Assembly: GCF_963921235.1 (NCBI RefSeq)
Contig: NC_086097.1
Coordinates: 105,464,001-105,528,000, forward strand
DNA length: 64,000 bases
Direction of reading: 5' to 3'
DNA from: Mobula hypostoma
Lineage: Eukaryota
Position numbers and translations under genes: made by a program. A model generated the notes under the pieces. It searched no databases and was not told where the DNA came from. It saw nothing but the letters and a program-made list of their open reading frames with translations. Shown one piece after another: positions 40,776 to 52,222 of the stretch. The first letter of the stretch is position 1, and each line of letters begins with the position of its first letter.

Positions 40776-41431
40776 TCTCTAATCAGCATAGAGTGAACAG
40801 TTTCCCATTCTGTAATCACCATAGGTGCATTGTTTCCCATTTTATAATCACCAATGGGTGAACAGTTTCTCTTCCTGTAGTTACCACAGTGTGAACAGTT
40901 TCAATTTCTCTAATCACCACAGTATGAAATGTTTGCCATTCTGTAATTACCGGAGGATGAACTGTTTCCATTCTGTAATGACCAAAAAGTGAACAGTTTA
41001 CCAGTCTGCAATCACCATAGTGTGAACAGTTTCCCATTCTGTAATCAACACAGGGTGTATAGTTTCCCAATCTGTAATCACTTTCGGGTGCATAGTTTCC
41101 CATTCTGTAATCACCAGAGGGTGTTTATTTTCCCCTACTGTAATCACCATAGGGCGAACAGTTTCCCATTCTATAATCAGCATAGGGTGAACTGTTTTCC
41201 ATTCTGTAATCACCATAGAGTGAGCAGTTTCAATTCTGTAATCTCCATGGAGTGAACAGTTTCCCTTTTCTGTAATCACCGCAGTATGTAATATTTCCCA
41301 TTCTGTAATCACCATAGTGTCAACAGGTTCCCAATCTCCAATAACCATAGAGGTAACAATTTCCCATTTTGCAATCACTATAGGGTGAACAGGTTCCCAT
41401 TCTGTAATCTCTGTAGAGTGAACAGTTTCCA

Positions 41432-42609
41432 CGTCATAGTGGGGACGCTGGTGACGGGAACGGACCCAAATGCAAGACACAGATACTGAAGTAGAAGGTA
41501 CAGGACTTGACTAGAGTAGGGATGTGACAAGATACAGACAAGTAGCAAGGGCAAGAATGCAGACTTGGGCTTGGACCGCAAGCCAGAGTCTGGAGAAGGA
41601 TCCAGCACCTGAGTCTTGCCGGGATTCGGGCCCCAGAACCAGGCGTGGACATGATATGTCTGCATGACTGGAGGCTGTGGTCTTGAGGCTTGAGGCTTGG
41701 AGACAGGGTTGGGGTCTTGAAGCTTGAGGCTCGGAGACAGGCTTGGTGTCGTGAGGCTTGAGGCTTGGAGACAGGTTTCGGGTCCTGAGACTTGAAGATT
41801 GGAGACAGGCTTGGAGACAGGCTTGGGGTCATGGGGCTGGAGGTTTGGAGACAGGCTCGGGGACTCGAGGCTGAAGGCTTGGAGACAGGATTGGGGTTTG
41901 GAGGCTTCAGGCTTGGAGACAGACTTGGTGTCTTCAGTCTGGAGGCTTGGAGACAGGCTTGGCGTCGTAAGGCTTGAGGCTTAGAGACAGGCTTGGCGTC
42001 TTGAGTCTGGAGGCTTGGAGACAGGCTTGGGGTCTTGAAGCTTGAGGCTCGGAGACAGGCTTGGTGTCATCAGGCTTGAGGGTTGGAGAAAACCTTGGGG
42101 TTCTGTGGCTTGAGGCTTGGAGACAAGCTTGGGGTCTTTAGGCTATAGGCTTGGAGACTTGAGCCTTGAGGTTTAGAGACAGGCTGGGGGTCTTGAGGCT
42201 GGAGAGTTGGAGACAGGCTTGGGTTCTTGAGGCTGGAGGCTTGGAGACTTGAGGCTTGATGCTTGCAGACGGCTTGGGGTCTTGAGGCTTGGAGAGAGGC
42301 TTGGGGCTTGGGTCTTGGAATGCGGAGGCTGATAACTCGGAGGCTAGATCTCTGAGACAGACTGGGAAATATACATCAACATGAAGCCGAGACTTATCCT
42401 TCGAAAAGCCGGGATTCATCTTCAACACGACACCAACATGAGTCAGAACAGTACAGAGACATTGAGCCGGGACTTAAAATTAGACAAGCCGGGATTAAGC
42501 TTCATCTCCACACCAAGGTGGGACAGGACCATCCGCCAGGTAACGGCAAAATATCCGGACTTACCCAACAGAGGCCAAGACAAGACAGGTCCATCTGCAG
42601 GGTGCTGGG
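41432..42609 (-). mobile_element. Truncated LTR copy F
   Basis: Shared junctions. Confidence 0.9.
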
Positions 42610-43897
42610 TCTCTAATCACCATAGAGTGAACAGTTTCCCATCCTGTAATCACCATAGGTTGTATTGTTTCCCATTTTATAATCACCAATGGGTGAACAG
42701 TTCTTCTTCCTGTATTTACCACTGTGCGAACAGTTTCAAATTCTGTAATCACCACAGGATGAAATGTTTGCCATTCTCTAATCACCAGAGGGTGAACTGT
42801 TTCCCTTCCCGTTCTGTAATCACCACAGGGTGTATAGTTTCCCAATCCATAATCACTTTCGGATGCATGGTTTCCCATTCTGTAATCACCATAGGGTGAA
42901 CAGTTTCCTATTCTGTAATCAGCATAGCGTGAATTGTTTCCCATTTTGTAATCACTATAGGCTGTATATTTTCCCATTATGTGATCACCAGAGGGTGTAT
43001 ATTTCCCCATTCTGTAATCACCATAATGTGAACAGTTTCCCATTCTGTATTAACTGAAAGGCACACAGTTTCCCATTGTGTAATTACCATAGAGTAAGCA
43101 GTTTCCCATTCTATCATCATCACAGAGTGAAGAGTTTCCCATTCTGTAATCACCACAGGGTGAACTGTATCCCATTCTGTATTCACCGCAGAGTGAACAG
43201 TTGCCCATTCTATAATCACCGTAGGGTGAATAGTTTCCCATTCTGTAATCAGCAAAGGGTGTACATTTTCCCATTCTGTAATACCAGAGGTTGTATTGTT
43301 TCTCATTTTGTCATCACCATAGGGTGAACTGTTTCCCATTCTGTAATGACCGTAAAGTGGACTGTTTCTGATTCTGTAATCATCAGAGGGTGAATAGTTT
43401 CCTATTCTCTAATCAACATAGGTGGTATAGTTTCCCATTCTGTAATCAACATAGTTGTTTCATCTTCCATTCTGTAATCAGCATAGAATGGACAGTTTCC
43501 CAATTTGTAATCACCATCAAGTGAACAGTTTCCCATTCCGTAATCACCTTTGAGTGAACAGCTTCCCATTCTGCAATCACTATAGATTTAACTGTTCCCA
43601 ATTCTGTAATCACCATAGCGTGAACAGTTTCCCATTCTGTTATCACCATAGGGTGAACAGTTTCCCATTCTGTGATGGCCATAGGTTGTTTAGTTTACAA
43701 TTCTGTAATGTCCATAGGGTGAACAGTTTCCCATTCTGTAATCACCATCGAGTGAACAGTTTCCCATTCTGTATTCATCTTAGTGTGAACAGGTTCCCAA
43801 TCTCCAATCACCATGGAGTTAACAATTTCCCATTCTGCAATCACCATAGGGTGAACAGGTTCCCATTCTGTAATCTCTGTAGAGTGAACAGTTTCCC

Positions 43898-44769
43898 TGT
43901 CATAGTGGGGACCCAGATGCAAGACACAGACACTGAAGTAGAAGGTACAGGACTTGACTAGAGTAGGGACGTGACAAGATACAGACAAGGAGCAGGGAGA
44001 AGAACGCAGACTTGGGCTTTGACTGTGAGCCAGAGTCTGGAGAAGGACCTAGCAAGTGAGTCTTGCCTTGGGTTCGGGCCCCAGAACCAGGCATGGAAAT
44101 GATATGACTGCATGACTGGAGGCTGGGGTCTTGAGGCTTGGAGACACAGTTTGGTTGTTGAAGCTTGAGGCTCGAGACAGGCTTGGGGTCTTGACGCTTG
44201 AGGCTCGGAGACAGGCTTGGTGTCGTGAGGCTTGAGGCTTGGGGTCCTGAGGCTGGGGGCTCGGAGAGAGGCTTGGTGTCGTGAGGCTTGAGGCTTGGGG
44301 TCCTGAGGCTGGGGGCTTGGAGACAGGCTTGGTGTCTTGAGGCTTGATGCTTGGAGACAGGCTTGGGGTCCTGAGGCTGGAGGCTTGGAGACAGGCTTGG
44401 AGTCTTGAGGCTTGACGCTTGCATACGGCTTGGGGTCTTGAGGCATGGAGAGAGGCTTGGGGCCTGGTCTTGGAATCCAGAGGCTGACAACTCGGAGGCT
44501 GGAGCTCTGAGACAGACTGGGAACTGTACATCAACAGGAAGCCGGGACATATTCTTCAAAAAGCCGGGACTCATCTTCAACACAACACCAACATGAGACA
44601 GAACAATACAGAAACATTGAGCCGCGACTTAAATTTAGACAAGCCGGTACTAAACTTCATCTCCACACCAAGGTGGGACAGGACCATCCGCCGGGTAAAG
44701 GCAAAACGGCCGGACTTACCCAACAGAGGCAAAGACAAGACAAAACAGGTCCATCTGCAGGGTGCTGGG
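43898..44769 (-). mobile_element. Truncated LTR copy G (apparently identical to D)
   Basis: ORF translations identical to those over copy D at an offset of 6383 bp. Confidence 0.9.
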
Positions 44770-45723
44770 TCTCTAATCAGCATAGAGTGAACAGTTTCCC
44801 ATTCTGTAATCACCATAGGTGTATTGTTTCCCATTTTATAATCACCAATGGGTGAACAGTTTCTCTTCCTGTAATCACCACAGTGTGAACAGTTTCCCAT
44901 TCTGAAATCACCACAGGATGAACTGTTTCCCATTCTGTAATGACCAAAAAGTGAACAGTTTCCCATTCTGCAATCACCATAGTGTGAACAGGTTCCCATT
45001 CTGTAATCACCATAGAGTAAGTAGTTTCCCATTCTGTAATCACCACAGAGTGAAGAGATTCGCATTCTGTAATCACCACAGGGTGAACTGTATCCCATTC
45101 TGTATTCACCGCAGAGTGAACAGTTGCCGGTTCTATAATCACTGTAGGGTGAATAGTTTCCCATTCTGTAATCACCAAAGGGTGTAGATTTTCCCATTCT
45201 GTAATGACCATAGGTTGTATTGTTCCTTATTTTGTAATCACCATAGGGTGAACTGTTTCCCATTCTGTAATGACCGTAAAGTGGACTATTTCTGATTCTG
45301 TAATAATCAGAGGGTGAATAGTTTCCCATTCTTTAATCAACATAGTTGTTTCGTTTTCCATTCTGTAATCAGCATAGAATGGACAGTTTCCCAATTTGTA
45401 ATCACCATAGGGTGAACTGTTTCCCATTCTGTAATCACCATTGAGTGAACAGCTTCCTATTCTGTAATCACTATAGATTTAACAGTTTCCAATTCTGTAA
45501 TCACCATAGGGTGAACAGTTTCCCATTCTGTAATCACCATAGGGTGTACAGTTTCCCATTCTGTGATGGCCATAGGTTGTTTAGTTTACAATTCTGTAAT
45601 CTCCATAGAGTGAACAGTTTCCCTTCTTTGTAATCACCACAGTATGTAATATTTCCCATTCTGTAATCACCATAGGGTGAACAGGTTCTCATTCTGTAAT
45701 CTCTGTAAAATGAACAGTTTCCC

Positions 45724-46909
45724 CGTCATAGTGGGGACGCTGGTGACAGGAATGGATCCAAATGCAAGACACAGACACTGAAGTAGAAGGTACAGGACTA
45801 GATTAGAACGTGACAAGATACAGACAAGGAGCAGGAAGAAGAATGCAGACTTGGGCTTGGACTGTGAGCCAGAGTATGGAGAAGGGCCTAGCAAGTGAGT
45901 CTTGCCTCGGGTTCGGGCCCCAGAACCAGGCATGGAAATGATATGACTGCATGACTGGAGGCTGGGGTCTTGAGGCTTGGAGACACAGTTTGGGTGTTGA
46001 AGCTTAAGGCTCAGAGACAGGCTTGATGTCGTGAGGTTTGAGGCTTGGAGACAGGCTTGGGGTCCTGAGGCTTGAGGCTTGGAGACAGGCTTGGAGACTT
46101 GAGCCTTGAGGATTGGAGACCGGCTTGGGAATGGGGCTGGAGGGTTGGAGACAGGCTTGGGGTCTCGAGGCTGCAGCCTTGGAGACAGGATTGGGGTTTT
46201 GAGGCTGGAGGCTTGGAGACAGGCTTGGTGTCGTAAGGCTTGAGGCTTAGAGACAGGCTTGGAGACAGACTTGGGGTCGAGGCTATAGGCTTGGAGATTT
46301 GAGCCTTGAGGTTTGGAGACAGGCTGGGGGTCTTGAGGCTGCAGGATTGGGGACTCGAGGCTGCAGCCTTGGATACAGGATTGGGGTCTTGACGCTGGAG
46401 GCTTGGAGACCGGCTTACGGTCTTGAAGCTTGAGGCTCGGGGACAGGCTAGGTGTCGTGAGGCTTGAGGATTGGAGACAGACTTGGGGTCCTGAGGCTGG
46501 GGGCTTGGAGACAGGCTTGGTGCTTGAAGCTTGATGCTTGGAGACAGGCTTGGGGTCCTGAGGCTGGAGGCTTGGAGACAGGCTTGGAGTCTTGAGGCTT
46601 GGAGAGAGGCTTGGGGCTTGGGTCTTGGAATCTGGAGGCTGGAGCTCTGAGACAGACTGGGAACTGTACATCAACATGAAGCCAGGACTTATCCTTCGAA
46701 AAGCTGGGACTCATCTTCAACACGACACCAACATGAGACAGAACAGTACAGAGACATTGAGCCGGGACTTAAAGTTAGACAAGCCGGGACTAAACTTCAT
46801 CTCCACACCAAGGTTGGACAAGACCATCCGCCGTGTAAAGGGAAAATGGCCGGACTTACCCAACAGAGGCAAAGACAAGACAAGACAGGTCCATCCGCAG
46901 GGTGCTGGG
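45724..46909 (-). mobile_element. Truncated LTR copy H
   Basis: Shared junctions. Confidence 0.9.
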
Positions 46910-48392
46910 TCTCTAATCACCATAGAGTGAACAGTTTCCCATTCTGTAATCACCATAGGTGTATTGTTTCCCATTTTATAATCATCAATGGGTGAACAGT
47001 TTCTCTTCCTGTAATCACCACAGTGTGAACAGTTTCCCATTCTGAAATCACCAGAGGGTGTATATTTTCCCCTACTGTAATCACCATAGTGTGAACTCTT
47101 TCCTATTCTGAAATCAGCATAGGGTGAACAGTTTCCTATTCTGTAATCAGCATAGTCTGAACAGTTTCCCATTCTGTAATGACCATGAAGTGAACAGTTT
47201 CCCATTCTGTAATGACCATGAAGTGAACAGTTTCCCATTCTAGAATCACCATAGGCTGAACAGTTTCCCATTCTGCAATCAGTATAGGCTGTATATTTTC
47301 CCATTCTGTAAGCACCAGAGGGTGTATATTTCCCCATTCTGTAATCACCATAGTGTGAACTCTTTCCTATTCTGAAATCAGCATAGGGTGAACAGTTTCC
47401 TATTCTGTAATCAGCATAGTCTGAACAGTTTCCCATTCTGTAATGACCATGAAGTGAACAGTTTCCCATTCTGTAATGACCATGAAGTGAACAGTTTCCC
47501 ATTCTAGAATCACCATAGGCTGAACAGTTTCCCATTCTGCAATCAGTATAGGCTGTATATTTTCCCATTCTGTAAGCACCAGAGGGTGTATATTTCCCCA
47601 TTCTGTAATCACCACAGGGTGAACTGTATCCCATTCTGTACTCACCGGAGAGTGAACAGTTGCCCATTCTATAATCACCGTAGGGTGAATAGTTTCCCAT
47701 TCTGTAATCAGCAAAGGGTGTACATTTTCCCATTCTGTAATGACCACAGGTTGTATTGTTTCTTATTTTGTAATCACCATAGGGTGAACTGTGTCCCATG
47801 CTGTAATGACCGTAAAGTGGACTGTTTCTGATTCTGTAATAATCAGAGGGTGAATAGTTTCCTATTCTCTAATCAACATAGGTGGTATAGTTTCCCATTC
47901 TGTAATCAACATAGTTGCTTCATTTTCCATTTTGTAATCAGCATAGAATGGACAGTTTCCCAATTTGTAATCACCTTAGGGTGAACTATTTCCCATTCTG
48001 TAATCACCATTGAGTGAACAGCTTCCCATTCTGTAATCACTATCGATTTAACAGTTTCCAGTTCTGTAATCACCATAGTGTGAACAGTTTCCTATTCTGT
48101 AATCACCATAGGGTGTACAGTTTCCCATTCTGTGATGGCCACAAGGTTGTTTAGTTTACAATTCTGTAATCTCCATAGAGTGAACAGTTTCCCATTCTGT
48201 AATCGCCATCGAGTGAACAGTTTCCCTTTTCTGTAATCACCGCAGTATGTAATATTTCCCATTCTGTAATCACCATTGTGTGAACAGATTCCCAATCTCC
48301 AATCACCGTAGAGTTAACAATTTCCCATTCTGCAATCACCATAGGGTGAACAGGTTCCCATTCTGTAATCTCTGTAGAGTGAACTGTTTCCC

Positions 48393-49228
48393 CGTCATAG
48401 TGGGAACGCTGGTGACGGGAACAGACCCAAATGCAAGACACAGACACTGAAGTAGAAGGTACAGGACTTGACTAGAGTAGGGATGTGACAAGATACAGAC
48501 AAGGAGCAGGGAGAAGAACGTAGACTTGGGCTTGGACTGTGAGCCAGAGTCTGGAGAAGGACCTAGCACCTGAGTCTTGCCTCGCGTTCGGGCCCCAGAA
48601 CCAGGCATGGACATGATATGACTGCATGACTGGAGGCTGGGGTCTTGAGGCTTGGAGACACAGTTTGGGTGTTGAAGCTTGAGGCTCGGAGACAGGCTAG
48701 GTGTCATGAGGCTTGAGGCATGGGGACCTGAGGCTGGGGGCTTGGAGACAGGTTTGGTGCTTGAGACTTGAGGCTTGAGGCTTGGAGACAGGCTTGGTGT
48801 CTTGAGGCTTGATGCTTGGAGACAGGCTTGGGGTCTTGAGACTGGAGGTTTGGAGAAAGGCTTGGAGTCTGGAGGCTTGACGCTTGCAGACGGCTTGGGG
48901 TCTTGAGGCTTGGGGCTTTGGTCTTGGAAACCAGGGGCTGATAACTCGGAGTCTGGAGCTCTGAGACAGACTGGGAACTGTACATCAATATGAAGCCGGG
49001 ACGTATCCTTCGAAAAGCCGGGACTCATCTTCAACACGACACTAACATGAGACAGAACAATACAGAGACATTGAGCCAGGACTTAAAGATAGACGAGCCG
49101 GGACTAAACTTCATCTCCACACCAAGGTGGGACAGGACCATCTGCCGGGTAACAGCAAAACGGCCAGACTTACCCAACCGAGGTAAAGAGAAGACAAGAC
49201 GTGACAGGTCCATCTGCTGGGTGCTGGG
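48393..49228 (-). mobile_element. Truncated LTR copy I
   Basis: Shared junctions (right end GTGCTGGG|ACTGTAATCACC). Confidence 0.9.
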
Positions 49229-51494
49229 ACTGTAATCACCATTCTGCAATCACCATAAGTATATGTATCAGGGTAAGAGTGTTGTAAAAGCGAGCCTGAA
49301 GGCTCTGTGTGTTAATGCAAGGAGCATTCATAACAAGGTGGATGAATTAAAAGTGCAGATTGTTATTCACGAATATGGTATAGTTGGGATCACAGAGCCA
49401 TGGCTCTAGGGTGACCAAGGATGGGAGCTCAATATTCAGGGATATTCAATATTCAGGAGGGATAGACATGAAAGAAAAGGAGGTGGGGTAGCATTGCTGG
49501 TTAGAGAGGAGATTAACACAATAGAAAGGAAGGACATTAGCCGGGAGCATATGGAATTGATATGGGTAGAGATGCATAACACTAAGGGGCAGAAAACGCT
49601 GGTGAGAGTTGTGTACAGGCCACCTAACAGTAGTAGTGAGGTCGGGGATGGTATTAAACAGGAAATTAGAAATGCGTGCAATAAAGGAACAGCAGTTAGA
49701 ATGGGTGACTTCAAACTACATATACCCCCAATGGGTGAACCAAATTTGTAAGAGTACTGAGGAAGAGGATTTCTTGGAATGTATGTGGGATGATATTTTT
49801 GAACCAACATGTTGAGGAACCAACTGGAGAGCAGGGTATTCTAGACTGGGTATTGAGCAATGAGGAAGGGTTAATTAGCAATCTTGTCGTGAGAGGCCCC
49901 TTGGGTAAGAGTGATCATAATACGGTGGAATTCTTCATTAAGATGGAGGGTGACATAGCTAATTCAGAAACAAAGGTTCGGAACTTAAAGAAGGGTAACT
50001 TTGAAGGTATGAGACGTGAATTAGCTAAGATAGACTGGCAAATGACACTTCAAGGGTTGACGGTGGATATGGAATGGCAAGCATTTAAAGACCGCATGGA
50101 TGAACTACAACAATTGTTCATCCCAGATTGGCAAAAGAATAAATCAGGGAAGGTAGTGCACCAGTGGCTGACAAGGGAAATTAGGGATAGTATCAATTCC
50201 AAAGAAGAAGCATACAAATTAGCCAGAAAAAGTGGCTCGCCTGAGGACTGGGAGAAATTCAGAGTCCAGCAGAGGAGGACAAAGGGCTTAATTAGGAAAG
50301 GGAAAAAAGATTATGAGAGAAAATTGGCAGGGAACATAAAAACTGACTGAAAAAGCTTTTATAGATATGTGAAAAGAAAAAGATTGTTTAAGACAAATGT
50401 AGGTCCCCTATAGACAGTAACAGGTGAATTGATTATGGGGAGCAAGGACATGCAGACCAATTGAATAACTACTTTGGTTCTGTCTTCACTAAGGATGACA
50501 TAAATAATCTTCTGAAAATAGTAGGGGACAGAGGGTCCAGTAAGATGGAGGAACTGAGGGAAATACATGTTATTAGGGAAGTGGTGTGAGGTAAATTGAA
50601 GGAATTAAAGGCAGATAAATCCCCAAGGCCAAATGGTCAGCATCCCAGAATGCTTAACAAAGTAGCCCAGAAATAGTGGATGCATTAGTGATAATTTTTC
50701 AAAACTCTTTAGATTCTGGAGTAGTTCCTGAGGATTGGCGGGTGGCTAATGTAACCCCACTCTTTAAAAAAAGGAGGAAGAGAGAAACCGGGGAATTATA
50801 GACCGGTTAGCCTAACATCAGTGGTGGGGAAAATGCTAGAGTCAGTTCTCAAAGATGTGATAACAGCACATTTGGAAAGCGGTGAAATTATCGGACAAAG
50901 TCAGCATGGATTTGTGAAAGGAAAATCATGTCTGACGAATCTCACAGAATTTTTTGAGGATGTAACTAGTAGAGCGGATAGGGGAGAACCAGTGGATGTG
51001 GTATATTTGGATTTTCAAAAGGCTTTTGACAAGGTCCCACACAGGAGATTAGTGTGCAAACTTAAAGCACACGCTATTCGGGGTAAGGTATTGATGTGGA
51101 TAGAGAATTGGTTAGCAGACAGGAAGCAAAGAGTGGGAATAAACAGGACCTTTTCAGAATGGCAGGCATGACTAGTGGGGTACTGCAAGGCTCAGTGCTG
51201 GGACCCCAGTTGTTTACAATATATATTAATGACTTGGATGAGGGAATTAAATGCAGCATTGTGGCGACCCACTTTCTGACACCCACGAACCGGCTCACGA
51301 AACAGCACGCGCAGGCAGAGGGCCGGCAGCAAAAAGGGCGGGAACGGGAAGGCTTTAAAGCGGGCCGCGAAGTTTGAATAAACCTCTTTCATTGCAACTC
51401 CAACTCACCGACTCCGTGTGGTTATTCTAGCGCTGTGTGTAGCGCATCACCACAATTGGTGACCCCGACGGCCCAAACGATATTTGGACCAGAG

Positions 51495-52199
51495 ATGACA
51501 GACGCCGCATCTGTTCACGCAGTTTCGTTAGAACTGCCAAGCTTCTGGACGCTGCGATCCCATTTATGGTTCGAACAAGCAGAAGCACAATTCCACATTC
51601 GGCCGATAACCTCGGAGTCCACTCGTTACTACTACGTGCTGAGCTCCCTCGACCAGGAGGCTGCTGCACAAGTTGAGGAGTTTATACAGTCGCCCCCGGA
51701 GGACGGCAAATACACAGCATTCAAAACCCTGCTCATAAGGACTTTCGGACTCTCACGGCGTGAACAAGCTGCCCGCTTACTGCACCTGGATGGTTTGGGA
51801 GACAGGCCGCCGTCAGCATTAATGAACGAGATGCTGGCCCTAGCTGAAGGACACAAACCCTGCCTCATGTTTGAGCAGGCGTTCCTAGAGCAACTGCCCA
51901 AGGACATATGCCTGCTGCTGTCCGACGCAGATTTCAGCGACCCCCGGGAGGTGGCGGCCCGAGCAGATGTGCTGTGGAATGCCAGGAAAGAGAGAGGGGC
52001 ATCCGTCGCACAGATCACCAAGCCGCGTGCCCAACGACAGACCAGACCAGGCCCGGCAGCAGAGCCTACAAAACCCGGCGACGGGAGTGAGGAGCCCAAC
52101 GAACAATGGTGTTTCTACCACCAGCGGTGGGGCACGGAGGCCCGCCGCTGCAGACCGCCCTGCAAATTCCCGGGAAATGCCAGAGCCAGCCGCCGCTGA
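51495..52199 (+). CDS. gag: Gypsy Gag (234 aa, intact frame) with CHCC zinc knuckle
   Basis: ATG shortly after the PBS; LPSFW...WFEQAEAQF N-terminus; CFYHQRWGTEARRCRPPC. Confidence 0.9.
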   Translation: MTDAASVHAVSLELPSFWTLRSHLWFEQAEAQFHIRPITSESTRYYYVLSSLDQEAAAQVEEFIQSPPEDGKYTAFKTLLIRTFGLSRREQAARLLHLDGLGDRPPSALMNEMLALAEGHKPCLMFEQAFLEQLPKDICLLLSDADFSDPREVAARADVLWNARKERGASVAQITKPRAQRQTRPGPAAEPTKPGDGSEEPNEQWCFYHQRWGTEARRCRPPCKFPGNARASRR

Positions 52200-52222
52200 T
52201 GGCTACGGCGGCTGGCCATCAG
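52172..52222 (+). promoter_or_regulatory. Putative -1 ribosomal frameshift signal (gag-pol)
   Basis: G GGA AAT in gag phase, 6-nt spacer, perfect 11-bp stem GCCAGCCGCCG/CGGCGGCTGGC; pol lies in the -1 frame. Confidence 0.8.
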
